This document shows positions 24,327-37,934 of a DNA stretch of 64,000 bases, piece after piece. The translations under genes were made by a program, and so were the position numbers. The stretch's first letter is position 1. Every line of letters begins with the position of its first letter. This DNA comes from Psilocybe cubensis (Eukaryota), in contig CM038999.1 of assembly GCA_017499595.2 (NCBI GenBank), positions 2,728,001 to 2,792,000 on the forward strand. The letters run 5' to 3'. A model generated the notes under the pieces. That model had not been told where the DNA came from. It made no database searches and was given only the letters and a program-made list of their open reading frames with translations.

Positions 24327-26565
24327 ATGTCGACTTTGCAAGGTCCTTCAGGAGTTGGACATGGTGGCAACAACAAATCTCTGTTGCTATCTACGGGTTC
24401 ATTTGTCGAGGCGACGCCTCTTACCGAGGATGAAATTGCCCGAATGGAGAAATCTCTCATGTGCGTTGTTTTTTTAACGCGTTGGATACAGTTATTAACC
24501 TTTTCTTCTGTGCAGACGAAGAGTAGATTGGAGGATGTTACCACTTCTCGGGACTCTTTCTGCTCTTTCTTTGGTTGACCGATCAAACCTTGGACTTGCG
24601 CGTATAGTCGGGATGGACCATGCCCTTGTATGTATAAAACCTTTATCTCGATCTAATAGGATTCTTATTTGAGAAAATGATAGCATCTCAGTGTTGGAGC
24701 AAGATATAGTATCGTGACTTTGATATATTTCATTCCATACATCGCACTGTGCGTGGACTTCGAGAATAAAAATGAAGATGATAGGTTCTCTGACGATTCT
24801 TCTTGTCCTACAGTCAACTGCCGAGTAATGTATTTTTGCGCAGATTGGGCGCTATCAACTGGCTCGCGTTTTTGGTTGTTTCTTGGGGTTTGGTACAGTT
24901 GAGCATGGGGTTTGTTCCTACCTGGGGATATCTGGCCCTCTGCAGAGTTTTACTTGGCGCCTTTGAGGTCAGCTACACGTTAATCTGCTGACGGTCCCGG
25001 TTTGACTCTACGTTTCACTAGGCGGGATTTTTCCCAGCAATGGTTTACATAATTACAACATGGTTAATCAGTCCAAGGATGGATTCTTCCTTTCTAGTTT
25101 GCCCCTAATCATTCTCCTTCTTATAGGTATACTCGGCACGAAGTGCAGACAAGGTTTATCAAAGCATCTCATGGGGTTACTGTGCCCTCATTATACATTT
25201 ATCGCATAGGATTGCAGCTTTCTATATAGTAGGTGTTGTCGTCGGCGGATTCAGCGCTATCTTCGCATATGTTTTAAGTTTGCTGAGGGGAAGACTGGGT
25301 GTTTCTGGATGGGCATGGATTTTTGTGCGTTAATCTTGCCCCTCAGAACTTACAGCTCTAATCCAAGGTTTTATCAACAGATTATTGAAGGTGCAATCAC
25401 CGTCGCATTTGGCATCATCGCATGGTTCTTTCTTCCTGGGTTCCCTGATCAGAATACTTTCTTGAATGAGGAAGAAACAGCGTTCATCTTGCAGAGGGTC
25501 GAGAAAGACCGAGGTGATTCCATGCCCGATATTTTAACCAAAGACAAAATTGTTCTTCATTTACTGGACTGGACAATATGGGCTTACGGTATGTTGTATT
25601 CACTAGTGCAATTTCTTCTTCCTTGCTGACTTGTACCTCTTCAGGTATCATGTATATGTGTGCTACCCTACCTGCCTACGCGATTAGGTTTGTACCTCAA
25701 TCTTGGTTCCATTGCGGTCTAATTTCGCAATGCTAGTTTCTTCGTCACAAACATTCTCCGTGGGATGGGGTGGAGCATTACTGCGTCGCTCCTTTTGGTA
25801 TGTTATTCTATGCCTTTGGCAATATACACCTTAGTTATTTAACCCCTGCTAAGAGTGCACCCCCATATTTATTTGCGGTTAGTTCGTTTTCATGACCCCT
25901 GAAAGCAGTCGAATACTTATTTGACTTTCAATAATGACAGGCTCTTAGCATTCTCTTGTTCGCATGGGTTTCAGACAAATACCGTCAACGGGCAGTATTG
26001 ATAGCAATTCAAAGTGTTATCACGATAATTGGCCTCGTATTGACAGCGTATACCAAGCAGGCTGGCTGGCGATACGCAGGTTAGTCTGTTTGCCTATCAG
26101 CGACAATCAATGCATCTCGAGTTCCATCCTGATTGCCATCATTAGGCATTTTTCTGAGTAATGCTGGATCCGGAGGATGTATACCTGGAATTCTTGCATA
26201 CGTGAGTGGTGCATAGCCTCAGTCCTATAGTATAGTTGATCTGACCCTCGGGAAACGGGTGGGGTTTTTAATTGCCATACGTGCAGTCCTCCAATAACAT
26301 CATATCTCACACCAAGAAATCCGTGTCAACCGCAATCATCGTCTCCTTCGGAGGCATAGGTGGGATATTTGCCAGTCTGGTTTTTCGTCAGGTCGATGCT
26401 CCGGAATACCACCCTGGTATATATGCTTCTATTGCGAGTCAAGGTCTTATGTTATTACTCCTGGCCATCACGACCATACACTTCTCTGCCAGGAACAAGA
26501 CAGTTCGCGATGGCACTGCGAACGTGCCTCTAGAGGGTCGGCCAGGATTTCTATACACATTATGA
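24327..26565 (+). CDS. MFS transporter, ACS/Dal5 family (TNA1-like)
   Basis: RRVDWRMLPLLG..DRSNLGLA, QLPSN, RVLLGAFEAGFFP, WYTRHE, GWAWIFIIEG, SDKYRQR; ends GFLYTL*. The start may lie upstream at 24217. Confidence 0.9.
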
Positions 26566-27669
26566 TCTAGTTCTACTACGAGTTTCATTGCACCAGGCTT
26601 ATCTTATCCTGAGTCGATGCCCTGTAAGTAGATAACGAGTTAATTAATAGTACCACGGTATTTTCGGACGTAGTTGTTTGCCAGTTCTTTGATATTTTGT
26701 GAAGTTGCGAGCCTTGCTTTTTTGTATCATAATGGTTACGTTGGAGTATACTTGTAGTTAGGTGTCGTCAAGGTCCTTAGCGCTGTCTCTTCATGAAGAA
26801 CGGGGGCCTCATTGACAACTTTGATGTTTTCCTAGTAGTCAACTATAGCGTATCTGGGAAACTATACCTGGCGACAAATATTTCTTATTCGGTCGCCCCT
26901 CAGTCCCTGTAAGTGTGCCAAGGATCATTTCAAGATTTTGATGTTTAAGGAGCCAATAAAGAGCTATATTTGGAACAGTTTTTCCAATAGCAACTTGGCA
27001 TTCCCCCGTTCTTGGACCACGACCTATTCAGTGAAGATTTCCACTTTTCACACATGAAAGCTATGTTAACAACGTTATCGCCCTACTGGAGTAACAGAAG
27101 CGGGTCTTTCAATTCCCATCGCTGGTCAAAACCTCAGCGAGCCTTCCAATTATACAAGCTCGACTCAAACCCTGAGGGTGTACTGCAGCGCTATTTGGAT
27201 TGTTGATTTCTCACAACCGCCGTCAAAACAACCTTTTCAACGCAACTTTGACCTTAACTCCATCTGAACTAGGGGCCGTTGACCGTGAAGTGTGTACCAA
27301 TGCAGACCGCGATGCAAATGTGATTAGTTGAAGCGTTCGGGGTTCGCCCAAGTGGCCGGAATTAACGAATTTATCCGCCATATAGTCATTTCTATAAATC
27401 TCAACTTCAGCAAGGTACTATGACCTTCGACAACCTTCATGCTCATTCCAAGTTGTATCAGGGCTGAAGGCAAAACCGGATCGGTTTCGGCTCGTGTAAC
27501 TGAGGGATACACACGAATGTCACCAAGAATTCGAAGCCATAATGGCATACATATGGATGAAACGAGCGTCAGTCCATCAGTCACTCACCCCGGCTCAATC
27601 TGGATAGTGCCCTGACTGAATTCAGGGTCACCCTTACTCTTTCCGCTATGATTCGCACCCGGCCTTACT

Positions 27670-27676
27670 TATAAAA
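27670..27676 (+). promoter_or_regulatory. TATA box of the second MFS gene
   Basis: TATAAAA about 80 nt upstream of ATG 27754. Confidence 0.55.
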
Positions 27677-27753
27677 GGTGCGAGGAACATCTTTCAATTT
27701 GCCGTCTTGTAAGCTGACCATATTCCTGATAGCACGTCTAGTACTCCTTCGAC

Positions 27754-30010
27754 ATGGCCCAAGACTTACTGTATGACGAAAAGAACTTGGAAAACTCGAA
27801 GGAGTCTTCTATCAGCTCGAAGTTAGAATCTGCAAACACGGAAGATGATGTCGCTTTTGAAAGAAAAACTATGTAGGGACCAACATTGTTAGAACATGCA
27901 TACATTGTTGACTCTGATGTTTCTTCAAGGCGCTATGTTGACTGGCGGATTCTTCCTGTCCTTGCATTGGTCTATTCATTTGCTTTGATTGACCGAATTA
28001 ATATGGGTGCTGCCCAAACTGCCGGAATGGGTGTTGATCTGGTACGCTTTCCGGTTGGCTGGTCGATTCTAGAATCAAGGCTGATTTTCGTCCTAGAAAC
28101 TGTTGGTCCACAACAGGTTCAGCATTGTTAATTGCCTGTATTTTGTCCCATATACCATATTGTTCGTATCCCTCAGCCTCGATATGTACATGGATACTGA
28201 CAGTCTCTGACTTGGCTAGACAACTTCCAGGAAATCTTGTGCTTCGGTATTTTGGAGTCCGTAATTGGTTAACATTCATTGTTCTGGCATGGGGTGCAGT
28301 CCAACTTGGTATGGGATTTGTCCACTCATGGGGCTACTTAGTATTGTGTCGTGTGTTACTGGGCATATTTGAGGTGAGATTTTGACCCCTGCAATGCAGA
28401 CATCACTCCAATCGATATTCACGTTCTTTAGGCATCATTTTTCCCATCGCTTCTGTTCATCATATCTACCTGGTAAAGTTTACGACATAATCTACAATTC
28501 CAAAAATATTGACCGTCAATTCGTAGGTATACACGCCATGAAGTTCACGTCAGGTTGGCCCGCCCATCTGTCAAATTTTTGTTCTGAAGCTCAAAGGCAT
28601 TTGATCTTCTAGACTTTCTATCTTTTATCTCCTTTCCGTCACAGCAGGTGGCCTCAGCCCCATCCTTGCATATGTTTTCAGTCTGCTAAAAGGGAGAGGA
28701 GGACTTGCAGGCTGGAGATACATTTTTGTGAGCACAAGATACTTGGTTGTCAATGTGATTTGCTCTAACTAATAGCGTCCTAGATCATTGAAGGAGCAAT
28801 TACCATGTTTTTGGCTATAATCACTTGGCTATTCATCCCTGCCTTCCCTGACCAAAATACTTTCTTGACCGAAAAACAAACGGCCGTTGTGCTTAGGCGT
28901 ATCGACGAAGATCGTGGAGACGCCATTCCAGACCCGATTACATTCCAGAAGGTTAGGAAGCACCTTTCTGATTGGACTTTGTGGGCATATGGTAAGTATT
29001 CAGCCATTCAGTCTTTTCAGACCCAACCATAATTTGTTTTGTGTAGGCACAATGTTCCTGTGCGCAGCTATGCCTTCATGTAAGTGACATCAATATCTGT
29101 CAAAGCGGGCGTAATTCATAAAACCCACATGAAGATGCACAGTCTTATTTCCTGCCTTCGATTCTAAAAGGTATGGGATGGTCACAAACAAAAGCTTTGC
29201 TTTTGGTACGTGTTTTCTCATAATTGTGTTTGTTCTCACTTAATTTTTTGATTAGAGTGCCCCACCGTATGGGCCATCCGTGAGTGGTGTTCCTTAATTC
29301 AATATCTCCACACTAACCCCGTAGCCTCAGATTATTTCGACGATGATCGTTGCATATTACTCAGACAAACAGAAGCACCGTTGTGGATATATAGTATTGG
29401 GAACGATGGTGTGTCTCACAGGGCTGTGTTTAACTGCTTTTGCCAAACATAATGGCGTAAGATACTTTGGTATGTCCGTTTTCTATCTTGATGTGTCGAC
29501 AAAGCTTATTTTCCTCAGGCACTTATTTGATTAACGCTGGAAATTCGGCCGCTATCCCGACCATCCTTGCCTATGTACGTATGCCGTTGTGTAACTTTGT
29601 CATAGGTCTGAAGTTATTTCCAGGCCTCAAATAATGTCGTTTCACACTCGAAAAGGTTTGATACCACTACAGTATGCTTGATGAAATACTTACGGTATTA
29701 CCACCCAGATCTGTTCAATCAGCGATGACGGTTTCCCTTGGAGGAATTGGAGGAATAATGGCAACCACTGTCTTCAGGACACAGGACGCTCCTCATTACT
29801 ACCCAGGTTTGTTGAATACATATCATCTCGCTTTTATGGTCAGTTAAAAACATTCTATTAGGCCTTGGTGCGTCAATAGGATCTCAGGCATTACTGTTGA
29901 CCCTTCTAGCCGCAACAACTCTGCGGTTCTTGTATCTTAACAAAGCTACGCGGGAAGGAAAACGAAAAGAACCGTTAGAAGGCCAGCCAGGCTTTTACTA
30001 TACTTTGTGA
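27754..30010 (+). CDS. MFS transporter, ACS/Dal5 family (tandem paralog of the upstream gene)
   Basis: RYVDWRILPVLA..DRINMGAA, QLPGN, RVLLGIFE, WYTRHE, GWRYIFIIEG, FPDQNTFL, SDKQKHR; ends GFYYTL*. Intron positions largely shared with the upstream copy. Confidence 0.9.
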
Positions 30011-33000
30011 GACTCTCTGCCGGTCCTCACCTAGACAATATTGTATATTTATCAGGAAATTGGAACGAATTTTTCGTCGTCCCCTTCTGTGGGTGTCATG
30101 GTACGAAAGGAAGCGTGATTAGGTTGCATGTGCTGGCTTGTTTCCTGGATGACAAACCACATCTACTTATTTCTGGACGTCCAATATGGCCAAAATTAGG
30201 ACCAACCCCTTTTCCAGCAATTGCCCATGAAATTCGGAAAACAATTGCATGCTTTACAAGTCGGAATTGTAAAGCAAAAGCAAAAGAAAACTAAACACAG
30301 GGCGTTCACTGAGGGCCATACACTGGAAAGCGAAAACAAGGAACTATCATATCACCTCGATTTTGTTTTCGTTCCAACCTCCTTGAAGCCACAGTAGACG
30401 TGAAAACGTATCTTACGCTTCAAGCATACTGTAACTTGGCATGTAGGAATGAATTTCACCTACCTTGATTGTTGTGGGTGTATCTCGTTAATCCCTGAAA
30501 TCCCTAACGTCGTCTCATTTTGTTTACATGAACAATTTTCTAGCTTATAACCGAACTTATTTTTAGGATTCCTCGACATCACTAAAGGCATCAATAAACG
30601 AGTTTCTCCGCAGGGTCATATTCTAACTTGGCTTGAGAACTTTATGCTGAACTGAAGGGTCAGGACCATTCCATCACGCCATTTGCCTGATGCTCAAGTG
30701 CATATTTTAGCCCATTATCACTGTCGCGTAGCGATCTCGGACTTTCCTGTCCTTTCGGGATCGATGTTCTTGGAGTCGGAATCGAAGGCGTCACCTAGTA
30801 TGTCTATTGCTGGCTTGGCTGTTTTCTTTTAATCGTGAGTGTCGAGGTGCATATATATCCAACCCCGACTGTCTCTTGTCTCTGCGAGGTAAGTTATTCC
30901 CTCTGATGCTATTTTCTGACTTTAATGACCACATTGACCGCGGTTTCAGTGGGGCCTCTCCCTGTTGACTGCCCTGACTGCTGCTGAATGTCCTCGGGAA
31001 TCTCATAGAGAACATCTAAATCTCAAATTAGGACCCAAGAGAGCTGCGACTGAGATCAGCGGCGTAGATTCAATCAAAAGATACGAGCCATCCAATGATA
31101 ATTAATCCAATCGACAACGCATTAACACTCCTGACGGTGACGATATTGGTCATTCTGTAGCACAGTCGGTCAACGCTTGGCACATTTTATTGAAAGGAAG
31201 AAAAATTCATACGTCTGTGAGAAATGTATGGGTCATTTGCAGCGCTAACAGTTCGTTCGTATGTTCCTCCAATCCAGATTTTTTCCGAGTTATCAGTATC
31301 GCAGAGACCGCCCGTGCTCTTTCGTAAACCCAACGAAAATGGGATTGGCAGGCTGCTAGTCCATGGGGCCTGGACCAACCCTCTTTGAACCTTGCACCCC
31401 CAAACTTTGCGCAACGAAGATTGGACGGTTTGACAAGTGCCTCTGCGCGCCATGCTGCCTGAGCCTCTCCTCTTCAGCCTTCTTTTCCCGCGACGACACT
31501 ATATCAAAACAAAGCTATCGCATGCGGCCCCCCTGTAACTATCAGTACGGCACAGTCCACCGTTCAAACATAACCTGACTTGATCAATGTTTAATGATTG
31601 TCAAATCCCGCATACCGCATAGCCTACTCGCACTACCAACTCCGGCCCGAGGGGGTTCGCAGTCCCAAGGGAATCAGCCGTTGAGGGGGAATTCGGGGAG
31701 GCGCCCTAAATTTACGACACCGGAATCGATCACGTTTGAACGCAGACAGGTCTGTTTAAAAACAGACCATGTATAACAACGGATGCAAATGATATCTTAC
31801 TAAAAACCTTGGCGCCGCAGCTAGCGTACGCACTTGATTCGACAGGGGCCCTGCTGCGACCTAACACCTCGCGGGGCGGGTGGACCGTGTTCAGATATAT
31901 CCCAGACCCGCGACTTTCTCATCATCTTTTTCGCAAAGCATATGCGCACATTTGTATTGCAGGATAAGTTCTCTCTGTGGAAAAAACACAATGCGCGGGA
32001 AAGAAAGAGACGAGAAGAAGTCGACTCTAAGAAGAAGAAGGAACGCGCGTCCGTCAGTCGGGCCTCCTAACGTCCAACATTAATCCCGCGATAACCGCCC
32101 AGAACGGGCGGGCCGCCCGCCACTGTCCAGTGTCAATTGTCAAGGGCCCTCACGGGTGGCCAGGTGCGCGTCGGCTGGGCCTGCCCAGTTGGAGACCTGC
32201 TACTGTGACTACGAACATTCCACGAGATAAGTGCGCAATTTTTTTCTAGAAAATCGGTGGTCAATTGGAAAACTCCACATGCGAACTGCATTGAATTGAT
32301 TCGAATGCGAACTGATCAGTGGGGATGCACGAAGAATGGTTCAACTCTTTTTTCTTCTTCGTGGCTCGGTGGTCATGAAATTTTAACGATCTTGGGGAAT
32401 TGTGGTTATTATAGTTGAACGCAAACTGCTCGCTAACTTAAAGCTTGAAGCTTGAAGACTCTTAATTAAAAAAATGCAAACTGAGCGCCAAAAATCAGGT
32501 TCTTTCTTATCTTATCTCCCACAGGGGGGGGACCAACCAAACTGCAATCTAGCCGAACGGGGTCTGGGTGCCATGAGATTCCGAGATTACGCGGACACAA
32601 ATTGCACAAATGGGTCCTAATAGGTCCCCTAAATCATTGCCAATTTTTTGTTTTTCAAATTCGACATGGCAAAGCGACCGATTCGACCTAGGGGCTTCTA
32701 TATCTATATCTTCTATCGAGAACCTGATAGTTGATAATGATACACTGGTCGGGTACGCAGGATTCATTTTGGCAGGCTTGCACCGGTTCGCGAACGAACA
32801 AGTCAAACCTCGAAATATATCGATGCTGATAGTAATACTACTGAATGGTATACTACTTAACAGTGGCGAAAAATCTTCTTCGAGTTTGCTTTCAATGGAT
32901 CCCCTACCCATCTGATGCGCATAGACCGCATAGTAAAAGAACACAAAGGACTCGGACTCAAACGGCCGTTCTAAAATTAAAAAAACAAAATTTTTAAGAA

Positions 33001-36000
33001 CAAAATACGGTCTTCTATGTAGATGCTTTGGCTCGCGCAGACGACCTTCGAGAATCCCGAGGCTACTTTGCGCGAGACGCCACGCGCATGTGCATGAGCA
33101 TGTGCATGTGGGTTTTTTTTTTGGTAGTAAAAATGACATTCGATTCCACTTTGCACGCGCACGATTTGTGATGGTGAATATAAATGAATTGGGCGTTTCT
33201 GCATTGAAGCCATGGCTCAACTCCAGAGGCGTGGATGAACGCATTGTATTAACACAAGGAAGGGGTGCAAGCTTCCATTGGGTGCAAGTACAAAGTGCAG
33301 CATGCTGCGATCGCCTTGATATCGGTGCCCCACCACTTTGAGTAAAATGCAATCAGAAGCCTCTGCACGTTCCTAGCAGTACTAAGGATAGCTCAAAAAA
33401 CAAAAAAAAAAGCAACGCGGGTGCGACTGAGGCTCGTAAGTAACGCACCCATGGAACAACTCGGAATTCACGGGGCCGTATCGCAAGATAACCATTGTTC
33501 TGACATGACGCCGAAAGGGTGATCATCACGGTGAAGTAGTAAAATAAAAAGAAACACCTTGTCAATCGATTTCATAGATAGATAGAGATAGAGGAAGGGG
33601 AGAAGTTTCCGAAGTGCGCCGATGAGGGTGAGGGTGGTGATAAACGTGCGTTCAGAGAGTCTAAACCAAAGTCAGATATGTGTGAAAGAGAGCAAAACAA
33701 AGAGCAAAAAAGAAAAAAGCAAGAGAAGTTGAGCCTAAAATGTCCAGGCAAGCTGCTGGTTAATGCGGCAGGGCAGGCGGACTGCGGCTACATGCATGTA
33801 CACCGTCTTTCCAGGAAGGATGAATGAACAAAGGCGACTCGGAATCCGGGCCATGATGATAGGCAGTGTTCACATTAAAGGTGTACTGAATCGGATTAGC
33901 GCAGCCAGTCCAAGTCCGTTGAACAGAGCAGAGCACGCCTATCTGGTACAACTCCGTACAGGTTGGAGAAGATGCCTGTGCAACTTTGAAAAACGACTGA
34001 AAGCATAAGCATGAGATTCTGTGAAGGACAACAACGGGCAAAGGCCAAGCGCAAAGAGCGGTTTTTACCCCGTTCTACAGGCTACTACGAGAGTAACCGA
34101 GACTGAATGATATCGTCCGGGTACCGTCATACATGACATGATATGAAAACGACGCGCGAGCTGTTCGCCGGAGCATTCATTACACAGCTATCGCGTTGAG
34201 ACTCGAGAGGTCACCCTACCCTTACGAGTTGTCTGCTAGACACAGGCACCGAGCGCTGACCTGACTCCACTTGCACCTTATGAAAAATAAAAAGACAGAG
34301 GAGTGGTAATTTTGGTTTTACCGGTGAGATCACCGGGATTGGAAGGTGATTCGAGGTGAGTGAGATGGTTTTAGGACAAGGGAGAGAGGGTGATAGTGCG
34401 CAGCCGGGTACAGACTGGCTTCGTCAGGAGTTGTTGGGGTAATTAGGCTTAGTGCACGGAGACCCGAGGGGGGGCATATGTTGCAGTATCATAATCATTG
34501 TCGTGAGGTGAAAAAAAAAATCACGGGGCAGGACATTCTCGAAAAGCGCCAGACAACAGGTCGCGGGGGCGGTGTATATTCACACCTGGAAAGACCTCGC
34601 ACATTTCGAAAATGGAGATTGAACATATAGGAGACAAGGGAGAAGGAGGTCATGTTGTTGGATGCAAGTATGTCTGATAGTCGTTTTAGCACAATGTCCA
34701 TGGACATAACGCGAGATGGCTGGAAATGGGTGCGGCGTAGAGCTTCCTGAGAGCCAGAGCAAGGGCGCGCGAGTGATTGGGAGATCAGAGAATCATGGAG
34801 CGGGCGGGGCAGATGATCATTGATCGTGATCAGGGATATTGGTGGCCGATGTTTGTGTTTGTGGAGGTGAATACTTGAGAGATGGATTCAAACAAAAAGA
34901 TGGCCGTTATTGAAGGGCGATGGACGCGATAGGAAATTGATAGAGTGTATATTTGCGACCCGAATGTTGCGGGGACAGACTATGTGCGGGTATATGGTCA
35001 CCCAGGACGGACAGCAGGAGGTATGGCATGGGTAAAGAGTGGACGGTACTACTGAAGCCGTATGAGCGTGGAGATGAAAATAGAACTCGTATGCAGTTGA
35101 GGGCAGGTGGGCAAATGTGCTTGGTGGGGCAATGACAACCAAGATTGGGATTGCAGATTACAGTTTGGAAGTTCCGGATCGAGGAGAAGTGTATGTTCTG
35201 AGGAGATATTTTGAGAAGGCAAAAAGGTACATTTGAGAGTTGGGAAGATACGGACCCGAAAGGGAAGGTGAGGTAAAAATAGGGCAGGGCTTGGCCATTA
35301 TGCACCGAGCCCGACAGAAGAATTGAAAGAAACAATTCTCCGAGAGGTGAAAATGAGAAAAGTCGAGTCGGGGAAGATGGTTATCTGGTTAGTTTGACGA
35401 CAGGAACAAAAAGGGAGGAAATACGATCGAGAAAGAGAAGTTTCGAGGAAAATTGAGTAGAGAAGAGAGTAAAGAAATTGAGAGAGAACTAAGGAAGACA
35501 AGACGGAGTTGACGGAGCGTGGAAGGGTCATGCGAGAGAAGCTGCTGATCAGACCCACGAGACAGACTTTTTTATTATAGCTTTTGATAATTGAACGAGA
35601 ATTTCGACGGTGATAGTGGATGGTATTGGCGCGATCGAGGTCGACGACGCGTTCAGACACGATCGCGTTGAGCTGGGTGGCGTTGGTGGGCGCCTAAGAT
35701 GCAGGGCGAGCAGGAGGAGGCGAGAGATGGGTAGAGACCGAGGACAATTAGACAGAGTATCTAACGGGAGTATCTCGGTGGAGACTGTTATAGGCACGGA
35801 CCGAAAGAGGACAAGGAGAGTAGACAGACTGCGATCGGGAGATGTGGGGATGCGGGGAACACTCTCTGACGCAACTTCCGAGGATTGACCAGTACGCTCT
35901 TCAGTAACTAAATATCTCTTAAATGTCTCTAAAAGGATGATAAATGACAGAAATCACATTGTTTGATGGAAACAAACCGCAAAGTGAACCGATTCGCAAC

Positions 36001-36135
36001 GGGGATAAGAGCGATATAAGTCCGGACAGGCGGGAAGCAGTTCAAAAAAAGTTGATCCAGTTCTTCTTTTCTTCTTCCCATTCGCATAGTATCCTAACCT
36101 CTCTTTCACTTTATAACCACTCCGTTTCTAATACC

Positions 36136-37934
36136 ATGCCCAAGGTTCCCCTCTCTCTTCCAATGTCCCAGATCATCGCCTCAGACGCTCCTCTGCTCTC
36201 TCCCACTGACTCTCAGGGCAACTGGGACATGCAGCAGCCCCTCTTCTCCCCAACCTCGGACAACTTTTCCTACCCATACTACACCCTTCCTCCGTCCCCG
36301 CCAAACTCTCAGGGCGACCATCTTCCAGACTCTCCTGTTCCTGCCACTCGCATGCTCAAGATGCGCATGACTCCAGACAGCTCCCAGGATCTCTGTCTCC
36401 CCACCCACCAGCTCTTCGACCTCACAGAGCCTGCTCGTCCACCTACACCGCCCTCGCGTTCTCCTTCTCTGTGTGCAGACCACTCTGCTCCCTCGGGCCA
36501 CATCTCTGATGCCTCCTCTTGTGGCGCCAAGCGTTCTGCAAGTCCAGCCCCTAGTGCCACAAAGAAGCGCGCCGTCGGCGAGCGTATCTCAAGTAAAGAC
36601 TTTGTGCCACCCGATGTATCCGGTCTCAGCAAACGCGAGGCTCGTCTCGTAAAGAATCGCGCTGCTGCCTTTCTCAGCAGGCAGCGAAAACGCGAAGAGT
36701 TTGAATGCATGGAAGTGTACGTCTATCCTCGCCCCCCTTTTCTCCACTACCTTTAAACGCTCATTCTTCTCTTTACGTCTTTCTTCATTAGACGCGTTGC
36801 AGAACTCGAGCAGGAAAACGCCCGGCTTCTCGCTCTTACTCAATCCGGTTCTTCACTCTCCACACCGCAGCATACTACTCCCGATATGCATCTACTCTCC
36901 GAAGTCGAACAGCTAAAGGCTCAGCTAGCCGCTGCACGGGAGCGAGAACTATCTCTCAGCGCCCAACTCGCATCCACATCTGCCATTCGAGATGTCCCTG
37001 TCAAGGTCGAGGCAACAGAACAGTTTTCTCTCGCATCGCCTCCTCGCTCTACTACTTCATCTCTTCCATCAGCTCACAAATCCGGCGCCAGCCTCGGATT
37101 GATGGTCTGTCCTTTTTTTTCTTTCTCTTTTTTATTAATAGTTCATTCTTCTGATATTCCCAAAAATAGGTCTTGCTCTGCGCTCTTCCAACCCTTCTAT
37201 CAATGCGAATGCAATCTCCTGCCCCTACAAGTTTCGCGATACCCAATCCCTTCCCCGCTTCTTCCGCTTCCGCATACGACTACAACTCTTTCCTCCCTAA
37301 TGATTACGATTGGTCAAAGACAACAACAGGTGGCTCCCTCATGGATCTCGATTCCGATAATCGTCACCACAAGGTTTCCACTATTCGCAAACTCGAGTTT
37401 ACTGGCACAGACTCGCCGGAATTGGGCAGTCTCGGAGACTTGGACATCTCTTTTGATACTATCCCTTCGGACGATGGAAAGATCCGGGTCCGGATACACC
37501 CTCCATCATCATCGCCCTCCTCTCGCTCGGGCTCCCCGGGGGCTTCCTCTTTCGACGCAGTAAAGTCTGAAATCTCCCAATCCTCTTTGGCTATGTGGTC
37601 TGGAGCAGAGGCCGAATCAAATCTCCAAGCCTCGTTTTCGTCCCAATTCAGCTCTCTGTCTTCTTATTCTACGTCATCTTCCGATCCGTTTTTAGGCGTG
37701 CCATCCACGGACTACAGCATGCCATTTTCCCCAGACGGAACATTGAGATACGGACACGTTGACGGAATGTCGGCTGCTTTGAACTATGGTCAGCTATCAG
37801 ATCCAAACTTTGGCCTTGGCTCGGAATACAGCATTCCCGATGGCACGGGTGCGAAACGACGGGTGAGAATCGCTCTAAAGAGCATGCCTCAGGCAGGAGG
37901 CGAAGGAGGCGAATGGGAGGTCCAGATCTGCTGA
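36136..37934 (+). CDS. bZIP transcription factor with a predicted single transmembrane segment
   Basis: Exons 36136-36716, 36792-37104, 37170-37934. Basic region KREARLVKNRAAAFLSRQRKREEF, zipper MEVRVAELEQENARLLAL, and spliced K-SGASLGLMVLLCALPTLLSM-R hydrophobic stretch. Confidence 0.9.

Noticed and set aside
32549-33352. 267-aa minus-strand ORF and the overlapping plus-strand ORF 32610-32915
   Set aside because: Runs through homopolymer and low-complexity DNA, with no recognisable domain or splice pattern.
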